From contig CAWHDR010000001.1 of NCBI GenBank assembly GCA_963828165.1, forward strand, positions 1,792,001 through 1,856,000: 64,000 nucleotides of DNA, given 5' to 3'. Shown here in pieces: positions 30,499 to 40,866 of the stretch. The stretch comes from an uncultured Chloroflexia bacterium (lineage in GTDB: Bacteria; Chloroflexota; Limnocylindria; Limnocylindrales; CSP1-4). The stretch's first letter is position 1, and each line of letters begins with the position of its first letter. The notes under the pieces were generated by a model. The model was not told the origin of the DNA, did no database searches, and saw only the letters and a program-made list of their open reading frames with translations. A program made the position numbers and the translations under genes.

Positions 30499-30697
30499 CC
30501 TCTGGGAGGTTTGCAACCTCCGTGATCAGCGTGTTACGGTGTCTAACGATGTCGTAAGCCCGTTGTGATGCGGGCGCGGCCGCGAAGAGAGACCCCCAGC
30601 TCGATACCGCGACCCCGGACGGACCCATTCACGAGTCCCCCCACCCCACGCGCGTCCCCCAGCGCCTCGGGTTCGTCCAAATCGTCAGGAGACCGTA

Positions 30698-32188
30698 TTG
30701 CTGAACGCGTCGGTCGGCGTCCAGCGCGTCATAGGACGCGTGCGTCGATCCTCGAGCCAAGAGTCCACGCGAGTGGTTCGCACTCCCACTCGCATCCGGG
30801 TCAGTCACCCGACCCGCGACCCGATGGCATCGACTCATCTCTACCACCGATCCCAGGCGCGCCGCAGCACCTTCGCGCTGCCGGCCCTGGCGATCCCTCG
30901 TCACCTCGCGATGCCGGCCCTGGCGATGCCACGCCAGCTGGCCATCCCGCGTCATCTGTCGATCCGCACGACTCTGCGACGGCTCGGTCATGAGCGCACC
31001 ACGGCGGTCGCGGTCGCCGGGATCGTGCTCGCCGCCTCGTTCCTGAGCGTCTCCCCCGGTCGTCCCAGTGGGGACACGGGTGGCCCGACCGGCGATGGGC
31101 CGGGACCGCGGCTCGCCATCGGTGGTCCGGGCGGTGACGGCGGCACCGAGTACGGGAACGTCGTGTCCTCGTACGAAGAGGAACCGGCCGACGAGACCAC
31201 GGATGCGGCGGCCGCAGGCCCTGCCGCCGCCGATCCCGCGGAGGTCGTCGAGATCCCCGTGCGACTCGAGCACGTCCAGGACGGCGCCGCCGTGGCCGCC
31301 GCCCTTGCCGCCCCCACGACCGTCGAGGGTCCGTTCCTCGACGACGGCACCCTGCTCAAGCCCGTCGCGGTCGACACCTCCGTCCCTGACGGCAGCGACC
31401 TCATCCGCACGTACAAGGTCAAGGCCGGCGACACGCTCGCCGGCATCGCCGCGAAGTTCGACGTGACGACGATGACGTTGTGGTGGGCCAACAAGCTCAA
31501 GGCGAAGAACGCCCTCGTGCGCGGCCAGGAGCTCAAGATCCCGCCGGTGACCGGTCTCGTCGTCGAGGTCAAGTCGACCGACACCCTCGCGTCGCTCGCC
31601 CGTCGCTACAAGGTCGCCGAGACCGAGATCCTCACGACCAACCAGATCGACGATCGCAACCTCGTCGTCGGCCAGGTGCTCGTCCTGCCGGATGCGAAGG
31701 GCGCCCCGATCAAAACCCCGAAGCCCAAGCCGAAGGCCACATCGCGGCCGGCCGCGCGCAGCGGCGGCGGCTCCGGCAGCCGTGCACCGGTGCGAGCGCC
31801 CAAGACCTACTCCGGCGGCAACTTCGCCTGGCCGGCACCCGGCGGTCGAATCAGCCAGTACTACCACTACGGCCACTACGGTCTCGACATCGACGGCAGC
31901 TCGGGCGACCGCATCATCGCCGCGGCGTCGGGCACGGTCACCTTCGCCGGCTGGAAGAGCAACGGCGGCGGCTACCAGGTATGGATCTCGCACGGCAGCG
32001 GGCTGTACACGACGTACAACCACATGTCGAGCGTGTCCGTGGGCCGCGGCCAGCGAGTCGGCAAGGGCCAGCGCGTCGGTGCCATGGGCGCGACCGGGTT
32101 CGCGACGGGCTCGCACCTGCACTTCGAGGTCTGGCGCGGCGCGATCTGGAGTGGCGGCTCGCGGGTCAACCCGCTGGCCTACCTCTAA
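30698..32188 (+). CDS. LysM-containing M23 family peptidase
   Basis: Two LysM repeats (YKVKAGDTLAGIA; VKSTDTLASLA); M23 motifs HYGLDI, YNHM, HLHFEV; AGGAG RBS before TTG. Confidence 0.9.
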   Translation: MLNASVGVQRVIGRVRRSSSQESTRVVRTPTRIRVSHPTRDPMASTHLYHRSQARRSTFALPALAIPRHLAMPALAMPRQLAIPRHLSIRTTLRRLGHERTTAVAVAGIVLAASFLSVSPGRPSGDTGGPTGDGPGPRLAIGGPGGDGGTEYGNVVSSYEEEPADETTDAAAAGPAAADPAEVVEIPVRLEHVQDGAAVAAALAAPTTVEGPFLDDGTLLKPVAVDTSVPDGSDLIRTYKVKAGDTLAGIAAKFDVTTMTLWWANKLKAKNALVRGQELKIPPVTGLVVEVKSTDTLASLARRYKVAETEILTTNQIDDRNLVVGQVLVLPDAKGAPIKTPKPKPKATSRPAARSGGGSGSRAPVRAPKTYSGGNFAWPAPGGRISQYYHYGHYGLDIDGSSGDRIIAAASGTVTFAGWKSNGGGYQVWISHGSGLYTTYNHMSSVSVGRGQRVGKGQRVGAMGATGFATGSHLHFEVWRGAIWSGGSRVNPLAYL

Positions 32189-32249
32189 GACTCGCACCGC
32201 ACCCGGTCACCGATCGGTCGGATCGGTCGCGCCATGGGTGCGTGGGAGA

Positions 32250-33554
32250 ATGACCACGATGTTCCTCGACCGCGTGAAGATCTGGGTCCGTGCCGGCGAC
32301 GGCGGTGACGGGGCCGCGACCTTCCGCCAGGAGGCGCACGTCCCGCGCGGCGGGCCCGACGGCGGAGATGGCGGTCGTGGTGGGTCCATCCTGGTGCGCG
32401 TCGACCCAGGGCTGACGACCTTGCGTGACTTCCAGTACCGCCACCACTTCAAAGCGAAGCCGGGCGGCCGCGGCACGAAGGCCCGCCGCCACGGCAAGGC
32501 CGGCGAGGATCTCCTCCTGGAGGTGCCGCCCGGGACCGCGATCGTCGACGACGAAAGCGGCGCGCTGGTCGCCGACCTGGTCGCCACGGGCCAGCAAACG
32601 ACCGTGGCGCGCGGCGGTCGCGGCGGCCTGGGAAACACTCATTTCAAGACGCCGACCCATCAGGCACCCAAGCACGCGCAGAAGGGCGAGCCGGGCGAGG
32701 AGCACTGGCTGCGCCTGGAGCTGCGCCTCATCGCCGATATCGGGCTCGTGGGCCTGCCGAATGCCGGCAAGTCCACGCTGCTCGCCGCCCTCACCGCCGC
32801 GACCCCCAAGATCGCCGACTACCCGTTCACGACGCTCGAACCGAACCTCGGCGTCATGGACCTCGGTGACGAGGACGAGCGCCGGCCGACGATCGCGGAT
32901 GTGCCCGGCCTGATCGAGGGCGCCAGCAGCGGGGCGGGGCTCGGCCACGCGTTCCTGCGCCACGTCGAGCGAACACGGATCCTCGTCCACCTGGTCGATG
33001 GCGCCTCCCGCGACCCGGCCTGGGACCACGAGGTGATCCGCGACGAGCTCCGTCTGCACGATCCGGCGCTGCTCGAGAAGCCGTTCCTGATCGCTTTCAA
33101 CAAGATCGATCTCGGTGCCGCGCGCGAGGCTTGGCCCGCGTTCCGCGCGGCCCGGGAAGCCGAGGGGCTCGAGGCCATCGCCATCGCCGCGTCGACCGGG
33201 GAGGGGCTCGATGCCCTCCGTGCCCGTGTCGCGGAGCTGCTGCCCTCGGCGACGGAGCTCGCCGAACCGCCCGAGCCGGCCGGCGTCGTCGTCCACCGGA
33301 TCGATGCGATGGGCGACGGTTTCGCGATCGAACGAGAAGCAGACGGCGGCTTCCGGGTGCGCGGCAAGCGGATCGAGCGGACCGCCGCCCAGACCAACTT
33401 CGATGTCGAGGAGTCGGCTGAGCGGTTCCAGCGCGCCCTCGCGCGACTCGGCATCGACGCCGAGCTGCGACGCGCCGGGGTCGCCGCCGGTGATCTCGTG
33501 CGGATCGGTGCTTCGGAGCTCGAGTGGGAGCCCCAGCCGTGGGAGGAGGAGTGA
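32250..33554 (+). CDS. obgE: GTPase ObgE/CgtA
   Basis: MFLDRVKI, GGPDGGDGG, GLPNAGKS, YPFTTLEP, DVPGLIEGA, NKID; C-terminal OCT domain. Confidence 0.97.
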   Translation: MTTMFLDRVKIWVRAGDGGDGAATFRQEAHVPRGGPDGGDGGRGGSILVRVDPGLTTLRDFQYRHHFKAKPGGRGTKARRHGKAGEDLLLEVPPGTAIVDDESGALVADLVATGQQTTVARGGRGGLGNTHFKTPTHQAPKHAQKGEPGEEHWLRLELRLIADIGLVGLPNAGKSTLLAALTAATPKIADYPFTTLEPNLGVMDLGDEDERRPTIADVPGLIEGASSGAGLGHAFLRHVERTRILVHLVDGASRDPAWDHEVIRDELRLHDPALLEKPFLIAFNKIDLGAAREAWPAFRAAREAEGLEAIAIAASTGEGLDALRARVAELLPSATELAEPPEPAGVVVHRIDAMGDGFAIEREADGGFRVRGKRIERTAAQTNFDVEESAERFQRALARLGIDAELRRAGVAAGDLVRIGASELEWEPQPWEEE

Positions 33555-34204
33555 CCGCTTCTCGGCCCGCTCCGGTGATCGGCGTGTTCGGCGGCACCTT
33601 CGACCCGATCCACGTTGCCCATCTCGCGGTGGCCGAGGCGGCACGCGACGCGCTGGGCCTGGAGCGCGTGCTGTTCGTCCCGAACCGGCAGCCGCCGCAC
33701 AAGCCCGATCAACGGGTCACCCCGGCCGCGGACCGCCTCGCCATGGTCCGAGCCGCGATCGGGGGAAACCCTGCTTTCCAAGCGAGCACGATCGAGATCG
33801 ATCGGGAAGGGCCGTCGTACACGGCGGACACGCTGGATAGGCTGCACGCAGACCGCCTGGCCGCCGGAGAGTCCGGGGAGCTGGCGCTGATCCTGTCGGT
33901 CGATGCGCTGGCCGGGCTCGCGACCTGGCACGAGCCGGCTCGGGTGCTCGAGCTGGCCACGCTCGTGGTGGCGCCACGCGACGGCTACCCGGACGTCGGG
34001 CCGGAGGAGGTCGCTCGGCTCGTCCCGGGCGCGGAGGCCCGGCTGGTCGTGCTGGATGGCCCGCGGATGCAACTTTCGGCGTCCGAGATCCGGGCTCGCG
34101 CGGCGGCCGGACGGTCGGTGCGCTACCTCGTCCCGGATGCGGTCGCGGCGTATATCGGCGACCATGCCCTGTACACCGAACCTCGGAGGATGGATCGATC
34201 GTGA
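33551..34204 (+). CDS. nadD: Nicotinate-nucleotide adenylyltransferase
   Basis: GGTFDPIHVAH, PPHK, SYTADT, SASEIR. Confidence 0.95.
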   Translation: MTASRPAPVIGVFGGTFDPIHVAHLAVAEAARDALGLERVLFVPNRQPPHKPDQRVTPAADRLAMVRAAIGGNPAFQASTIEIDREGPSYTADTLDRLHADRLAAGESGELALILSVDALAGLATWHEPARVLELATLVVAPRDGYPDVGPEEVARLVPGAEARLVVLDGPRMQLSASEIRARAAAGRSVRYLVPDAVAAYIGDHALYTEPRRMDRS

Positions 34205-34647
34205 CCGACCCCGCGCTTTCCGGCCCCGTGGCCACGGAGCCCCGTGCACCGAGCCCAGATGGCCTGCCGCAGCGCGATACGCCCGCCGCCACGAGCGGCG
34301 ACCGCGCCGCCCTGGACCTCGCCCGCCGCGTCGTCGAGCTGGCCGAGGACAAGAAGGCTGCCGATATCGTGCTGCTCGAGCTCGCCCCGTTGACGACGCT
34401 GGCTGACTACTTCGTGATCTGCTCCGGAGGCTCGGAGCGACAGCTCGAGGCCATCGCCGACGGGGTGATCTCCTCGCTGCGCGACGACAAGGTCAAGCCG
34501 ATCGGCCGCGAGGGAACGGCCGCGTCGCACTGGGTGCTCATCGACTTCGGGTCGGTCATCGTGCACATCTTCACGCCGCCGGAACGCGAGTACTACGGTC
34601 TCGAAAAGCACTGGTCGGAAGCACGCACGATCCTGCGGGTCCAGTAG
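34201..34647 (+). CDS. rsfS: Ribosome silencing factor
   Basis: DKKAADI, DYFVICSG, WVLIDFG.VIVHIF, REYYGLEKHW. Confidence 0.95.
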   Translation: MTDPALSGPVATEPRAPSPDGLPQRDTPAATSGDRAALDLARRVVELAEDKKAADIVLLELAPLTTLADYFVICSGGSERQLEAIADGVISSLRDDKVKPIGREGTAASHWVLIDFGSVIVHIFTPPEREYYGLEKHWSEARTILRVQ

Positions 34648-34764
34648 GCGCGCTCGCGCGACCGGCTAGTCCTCTCGGCGCAGGTGCGGGGCATCCCCCC
34701 GTACCAATGGGCGGAGTACCGTCGGGTCATGGGGAGGCCCCGTGGCGCATGACAGCATCGCGGC

Positions 34765-35019
34765 ATGTCCGCTCTTCGCGACCGTTGTCCCGCCTGTGAT
34801 CACCGGCTCATCACGACCCGGTTCGACACGACATTCCGGCTGCCCGACCGGAGTGAGCGGCTGTGCTTCGGGATCCCCGGCGGACTGTGCGAGGACTGCT
34901 CGCAGCTCTACATCGATCCCGAGCTGATCGAACTCCTCGATCTCGGCGAAGGCCGCTGCGTCTTCGCGATCGAGAGCGACCTCGTCCTCCAGGAACAGGC
35001 CTGGTCGTCCGCCGACTGA
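34765..35019 (+). CDS. Small zinc-ribbon protein (YgiT/MqsA-N-like)
   Basis: CPAC...IPGGLCEDCSQLY pattern. Confidence 0.6.
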   Translation: MSALRDRCPACDHRLITTRFDTTFRLPDRSERLCFGIPGGLCEDCSQLYIDPELIELLDLGEGRCVFAIESDLVLQEQAWSSAD

Positions 35020-35049
35020 CGGTCTCAAAGGCGGTGTCCGGTCCCGGGG

Positions 35050-36126
35050 TCAGCCGGGGCCGGCGCGCCGCTCTCCGCTGCCGTTCCGCGCAGCGTGGTC
35101 GCCCACCCACATCGTGAACGCCAGCCGGCGCTGGGCGCTGTCCACCTCCGATCCCGGAGCTCCCTTGACCATCGCGTCGAGATCGACCAATCCCTCGAGC
35201 GCGCGCACGAGCTCCGCGGTGGTCCACAGGCGCGCCTGCCCGGCCAGGGTCTTGGCCCGGTACTCGCTCGCGATGCCCATCTCCCGGGCCGCTGCGGGCA
35301 GCGCGGTCCCGGCCGCCAACCGGTCGCCAAGCTCGAGCAGCTCCACGACCCGCCGATGCAGGACCGCCAGCAACACCGGTTCCGGGGTGACGTCGATCAA
35401 ACGATCCAGCGCCGTGAGAGCGGCGTCGGGGCGACGCTCCCCGACGGCGTCGGTCAGGGCCCAGACCGAGCCCGGCGTCGCCTCGGCGACGAGCGCCCCG
35501 ACGTCGTCGGCCGTGACTGGTGCTCCGTCGAGGGCGTGGCGCAGCGCCAGCTTGTCGAGCTCGCCCGAGGCGATCCGGCTCAGATAGCGGCGCTCGACGT
35601 CGCCCTGGGTGACCCGGCTGCCCAGGCGATCGGCGAGCGCGCGGGCCGCCCCGGGCGCCAGCGACAGGCCGCGATCGCGCGCCTCGGTCTCGATCCAGGC
35701 ACCGAGCGCGGTCGGGCGGGGCGCCATCGCCTGGCGGACCGCCCCACCGGCGGCCTTGACGGCGTCGACCAGGCGCTTCGAGCCCGGTCCCTTCGCGCCC
35801 GATTTCGCGGCCTCGACGAAGGCGAGCGCGTTGCCGGTGGCAAGCATCGAGATCGCCTCGATGACGCGGTCGCGCGTGTCATTCCGGCGAACCAGCGCGC
35901 CCGGGTTCGTCACGACGGCCAGCGTGCCACCGCCGAACAGGGTGGCGGTCGCCAGGCGCTCGTGAAGCTGCGCCGCCCCGCTGGTGGCGGTCGCGAGATC
36001 GCCGCGCAGGTCCCAGCGTTCGAGTGGCGTGCCCAGCTCGCCCGCCAGGGCGGTGGCGAACCGGCCGACCAGGCGTTCGGCGACCAGCTCGTCGTCGCCC
36101 CAGACGTACAGGAGCGGCGTGATCAT
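35050..36126 (-). CDS. holA: DNA polymerase III delta subunit
   Basis: LYVWGDD, TLFGG, ELDKLAL, VWALTDAV, LDAMVKG; downstream of comEC as usual. Confidence 0.85.
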   Translation of the reverse strand: MITPLLYVWGDDELVAERLVGRFATALAGELGTPLERWDLRGDLATATSGAAQLHERLATATLFGGGTLAVVTNPGALVRRNDTRDRVIEAISMLATGNALAFVEAAKSGAKGPGSKRLVDAVKAAGGAVRQAMAPRPTALGAWIETEARDRGLSLAPGAARALADRLGSRVTQGDVERRYLSRIASGELDKLALRHALDGAPVTADDVGALVAEATPGSVWALTDAVGERRPDAALTALDRLIDVTPEPVLLAVLHRRVVELLELGDRLAAGTALPAAAREMGIASEYRAKTLAGQARLWTTAELVRALEGLVDLDAMVKGAPGSEVDSAQRRLAFTMWVGDHAARNGSGERRAGPG

Positions 36127-36734
36127 CGCGCCGCCGATCCGAGGCGCGCGGCGCGGAACGCATCCGCGGTCCACGGCAATCGTCGGACCTCGGACGGCGT
36201 GATGCCGGCGGCTCGACACACCTCGGCTTCCAGGCGTTCCGCCCGGGAGTGCACGGCTCGCCAGGTCAGCTCGTCCCAGCCATCGGGATACCTCCGACGC
36301 CAGGAGGCGAAGCGGGCCGCCATCGACTCGAGCCGCTGGCCCGCGCGCTTGTCCGCGTACGCGACGATGCGCTCCTCGCGGCTCGCGAAGGCCGCCCAGC
36401 GCCGGTACGCCTCACCGTCGGCGAGGCGCGTCACCGGGTGGGCGGCGACCGCACGGGCGAGCTCGGGGTGACCGTGGTTCGTGAGCCACGCCGCCGAGCC
36501 GTGGCCGTGCCCCAGCCGCCGGACCGGATCGGCTTCGGGGAGGATCTTGTCGACGTCATGGAGCAGGGCCGCGGCCTCCACGACCGCTCGATCGACGGGC
36601 GTCCCGTGCGCCGCGATGCGCGCCGCCAGGAAGCCCGCTACCTCGGCCACGGCGCGTGCGTGCGCGAGGAACCAGGCGGGCGGATCCAGGGAGGAGAGCA
36701 GGGCCGCGGCAGCCACGCGCCCGGGGACGGTCAT
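36123..36734 (-). CDS. HD domain phosphohydrolase
   Basis: HARAVA, AALLHDVDK, HGH, EERIVAYADKR. Confidence 0.85.
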   Translation of the reverse strand: MTVPGRVAAAALLSSLDPPAWFLAHARAVAEVAGFLAARIAAHGTPVDRAVVEAAALLHDVDKILPEADPVRRLGHGHGSAAWLTNHGHPELARAVAAHPVTRLADGEAYRRWAAFASREERIVAYADKRAGQRLESMAARFASWRRRYPDGWDELTWRAVHSRAERLEAEVCRAAGITPSEVRRLPWTADAFRAARLGSAAR

Positions 36735-36857
36735 CGACTCGATGGTAGCCGAGTCGGGCCGACGGTCCGGGTGCTGGCAGTAGGCCCGGACGTGTGCCGA
36801 GTAGCCGTGCGTTCCGACGCCGACCATGCTGCCGTCGATCACCACCGCGGAGGGACC

Positions 36858-37139
36858 ATGGCGCGGACGAGGTATCGGGTTCTTGCGATCGGCCTGACGC
36901 TCGTGTCGGCCGCGGTGCTCGTGCTGTACCTGACGGGTCCGGGGCAATGCGCGGTGCCGCTGCGACCGTCCCTGAGCCTGTACGGCCCGCCCATCGTGGT
37001 GCGCCCGGGCCTGTGCGCAGTGGACTCGGTCGTCCCCGTGTGGCTTCTGGGGGTAGCGGCGATGTCGCTCGGCCGCTCGTATCTCCTCCTGGCCCGGGGA
37101 ACGCGACCGGCACGACACTCCGACCCGCCGCCGGCCTGA
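36858..37139 (+). CDS. Hypothetical small two-TM membrane protein
   Basis: GGAGG RBS, ATG, two hydrophobic segments flanking a loop with two Cys. Confidence 0.5.
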   Translation: MARTRYRVLAIGLTLVSAAVLVLYLTGPGQCAVPLRPSLSLYGPPIVVRPGLCAVDSVVPVWLLGVAAMSLGRSYLLLARGTRPARHSDPPPA

Positions 37140-39644
37140 CCTCGGGGATCGCACAGAGGAAGCTGCGCTGGGGCCCGGTCGCCGTCGCGGCCGCGGCCGC
37201 CAACCGTTGACCGCCCTCCGCCTCCGCCGCGCGCGACACGACGTCCGTCGCCGCGCGGCGCGGCTCCGTCCGCACCGCGGGACCCTCAGCCCTGAACGTC
37301 ACCGAGACCGATCCGTCGACATCGGTCCGGTACACCCGTGCTCCGGACGCCGCGAGACGATCCAGGGTGGGACGGGCCGGGTGGCCATACGGGTTGTCGG
37401 CTCCCGCGGAGGCGATCGCGATACGCGGTCGGACCGCGTCGAGGAACGCATCGGTCGTTGCCGTCCGACTGCCGTGATGGGCGACCTTGAGCAGATCGAC
37501 CCGTGGCAACCCGTCGGTCAGCAACGAAGGGTCGACGTCTTCCTCGACGTCGCCGGTCAGGAGGAACCGGCGCTCGCCGATGACGCCGAGCAGCACGACC
37601 GACACGTTGTTGATGCCGCTGCCGGTATCGGGCGGTTCCTCCGGCACCTGGCCACGCACCGGCCAGAGCACGCGCATCGCGACCTCGTCGACCGTCAATC
37701 GATCACCGGCGGCGATCGACATCCGGGTCGGCGCTCCGGGTCGGTCAAGCTGATCGAGCCAGGCCGCGTAACCTGGTCCGGGCCCCCGCATCCCGGGCTC
37801 GAGGACACGGTCGACGCGATAGCGCTCCAGGAGCAGTGCCAGCCCTGCGACGTGATCCTCGTGTGGATGGGACAGCACGACGGCGTCGAGTCGCCGGTCC
37901 CACGGTGGGATCCGTCGATCGAGCTCGACCAGGAGCCGATCCGGGTCGGGCCCACCGTCGACCAGCAGCCGCCCGCCGCGTGAGCCTTCGATCAGGATCG
38001 CATCGCCCTGGCCGACGTCGAGGATCGTGATCCGCGCCACGCCCGCCGGGCGACTGACCGCGACGGCGCCCGCGACCGACACCGCCACGACGAGGCTGAG
38101 TGTCGCCGCGCGGCTGGCTCGCGATGAGCGGGCTCCCTGTCGGTGCGATCGCACCGACACGTCGCTGATCGGGGCGCGCCGGGCCGAGCTTGGGGACCCC
38201 ACCGCGTCTCGACCGCGGGCCGCCGCCGAAGCAGGACCATGGCGACACCCACGCCTGCGCTCCCGACACCAAGCGCCACACCGACGACGGGTTCGAAGGC
38301 GATGCTGCCGAATGGGATCCCCGCAGCGACCTCGACGACCCCGATGGTCATGCGTAACGCGATCCAGCCCGGAGCCGCGAGGATCGCGCCAAGGGCCGCG
38401 GGCGCGCCGGCGCTCACCAGGGCACCGCCGAGCAGAGCCACGAGGCCAGCAGCCATGGCAGGCGTGACCAGGGGCACGACCACCAGGTTCACGGCCGGTG
38501 AGATGAGCGCCAGCCGGCCGAACGAGGCCAGCACGATGGGGAGCGTCGCCGCCTGTGCCGCCAGGGAGACGCCCAGGCTCTCGCTCAACCAACGGGGGAG
38601 GCGACCGCGAGTCAGGCGATCGAGTCGATTCGTGAGTGGGGTCGCCCACGCGACGAGCCCTGCCGTGGCGAGCGTCGATAGCTGGAACCCGGCGTCGCTC
38701 ACGAGCGCCGGCTCCGCGAGGAGCAGCAGGAATGCCGCGAGACCAAGCGCCGCGGCGGCCCGGCCGCTTCGACCGGACTCCCGGGCGAGGAGGACTACCC
38801 CGGCCATCGCCCCGGCACGCAGCACCGACGGCGATGCCCCGGCGAACACGATGTACGACACGACCGCGATAGCGGTGACGATCGCTCGCCGTCGACGACC
38901 GAGCCGACCGGCCATCGCCCCGACGGCGGCGGCCACGATCGCGATGTTCCAGCCCGAGATCGCGACGACGTGACTGACGCCGGCGGTCGTGAAGTCGGCG
39001 GCGACCTCGCGGTCGACTCGATCGCGCAGGCCGATGAGGATCCCGGCGGCCAGCCCCGCCTCGGGTTCGGGTAGCACGCGGGTCAGCACGCTCGCCGGCA
39101 TCGCGGCGCCAGCCCTCCAGCAACGTGCCCGGATCGGTCGGCCGCTCCAGCACCTCCATCGACCGGGCATCGAGCGTGCCCCACGCGTCGAGTCGTTCGA
39201 GATAGCGACCATACGGGCTGTCGGGCCGAGGCCGCGCGCGTCCCGCGACGGTGATCTGGTCACCCGGTTCGATCGCGGGATAGCGCGGCAGCGTGGCGGC
39301 GACCCGGAATCCGCTGAATCCTCGGACAGTGTCCGGATCGTGGCCACCTGGTGACCTTCCCGCGGAGAGCCAACGGTCTCGACGACCATCGTCCACGGCC
39401 CACTGCCCGCCGGTGCGCCTGACAGGCGGGCTCCGGCCGGCCCCAGCCCCGCCCGGAGGGTGATCGACAGGATCCCGATCGCCAACGCCAGAAGCCCGAT
39501 GCGACGCGCGCGCGGCAGCCACAGGCCGATGAGCAGCAAGCAGCCGGCCGCAGCGACGAGGACACCCACGAGATGGCGGTTCTCAGCTCCGACCGTCAGC
39601 GCCGCGATCGCCGCCCCGGCCGCCAGCCAGCCGGTGCGGGGCAT
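37140..39644 (-). CDS. comEC: DNA internalisation competence protein ComEC/Rec2 (three apparent indels; last frame stays open to 36556)
   Basis: GVSHVVAISGWNI, SPSVLRA, GFQLS, LDVGQGDA, LSHPHEDH, LLTGD, KVAHHGS, NPYGHP spread over two alternating frames. Confidence 0.88.
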
Positions 39645-39645
39645 C

Positions 39646-40416
39646 TCAGCGCACCGCCACCAGTTCGCGCAGCTTTTCGAACGTCTTCTCGCCGAGGACG
39701 CCGCGGGTGCGCAACTCTTCGACGGCCGCGAACGGTGCTTCCTCGCGAGCCGCGATGATCTTCAGCGCGGTCGCGGGACCGATCCCGGGCAGCGCCTCGA
39801 GCTCGGCCTGGGTCGCGTGGTTGACGTCGACGGGAGCACCCGCAGTGGCCGGCTCGCCCGGTACCGTCGATGCGCCCGCGGGCGCGACGGCGGGCACGTC
39901 ATCTCGCGACGGAACCCGCACTTGATCGCCGTCATGGAGCGTCGCCGCGAGGTTGAGCTCCCGCTCGGCCCTGACCGTGTCGACGCGCGGCCCGTATCCG
40001 CCGGCCGCCGCCACGAGATCGCCGACCCGGGAACCGGGCGCCAGGCGAAATACACCGGGTCGCGGGACGGCGCCCACGATCTCGACGACGACCTCGCCTC
40101 GGGACCCGGTGCCGGCCCCGCGTTCGGCTTCGGAGCCCGATGCGCCCGATGAACCGGCCACTCCGGACGCACCTGGGGCCGTCAGGGCCGAGCCGCCGTC
40201 GACGATCACGGCGCCATCTGGCGCCCCCGAAAACGCCAGGATGAAGGCGACCACCGCGAACCCGACCGCCGCAACGACGGTCGCGACGACCTTGAAGATG
40301 GCCGGCGACAGCAACGCCGCAGCTGGACGATCCGCTTCCGGCGCCGTCCCTGCGGACGCCCTCGCCTCGGCCGGCGTGTCCAGCACCCGCCACGGCGGGG
40401 TCGCGGTCGGTTCCAC
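39646..40416 (-). CDS. comEA: ComEA family DNA-binding protein (SLBB + HhH)
   Basis: [43 protein letters not shown]. Confidence 0.92.
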   Translation of the reverse strand: MEPTATPPWRVLDTPAEARASAGTAPEADRPAAALLSPAIFKVVATVVAAVGFAVVAFILAFSGAPDGAVIVDGGSALTAPGASGVAGSSGASGSEAERGAGTGSRGEVVVEIVGAVPRPGVFRLAPGSRVGDLVAAAGGYGPRVDTVRAERELNLAATLHDGDQVRVPSRDDVPAVAPAGASTVPGEPATAGAPVDVNHATQAELEALPGIGPATALKIIAAREEAPFAAVEELRTRGVLGEKTFEKLRELVAVR

Positions 40417-40660
40417 ATCGCACTCCGCGGCGGGCGGTCGTGACCGACGACGAGGAAACCGCGACGTCTCGCCACGTTGGGGGCACTTCCGACGCGGCGA
40501 GACGTCTTCGAGACCTTACGCACGGGCGCTTAGCTGCGACTTATCGCGCCAGATCGGGAACGCTGCTCCTGCGACCCTTCTGCAAGGTCACGGCCCGCCG
40601 AAGCGTAGAATCCGAGCCACGTCCCCGGCCACCCTTGTTTCCCGCACAGGAGGACCTTCC

Positions 40661-40864
40661 ATGGCCGTCGCCCGAGTGACCGAGATCAGCTCCACGTCGT
40701 CGAAGAGCTTCGAGGACGCCATCCAGCAGGGCGTCGCGCGCGCCACGAAGACGCTGCGCAACGTCCGTAGCGCCTGGATCAAGGAGCAGCGCGTCGATAT
40801 CCGCGATGGGGCCATCGCCGAGTACCAGGTCAACATGATGGTGACCTTCATCCTGGACGACTGA
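40661..40864 (+). CDS. Dodecin family protein
   Basis: MAVARVTEISSTSSKSFEDAIQQGVARATKTLRNV...YQVNMMVTF; AGGAGG RBS. Confidence 0.9.
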   Translation: MAVARVTEISSTSSKSFEDAIQQGVARATKTLRNVRSAWIKEQRVDIRDGAIAEYQVNMMVTFILDD

Positions 40865-40866
40865 CG

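Noticed and set aside
7386-30516. Long antisense and alternative-frame ORFs (e.g. 7386-9479 +, 15865-17613 -, 29074-30516 -)
   Set aside because: Shadow ORFs expected in high-GC DNA opposite well-supported genes; no motifs.
30541-30697. c-di-AMP (ydaO) or c-di-GMP riboswitch before the LysM/M23 gene
   Set aside because: I could not find the consensus blocks by eye; kept only as an unknown structured leader.
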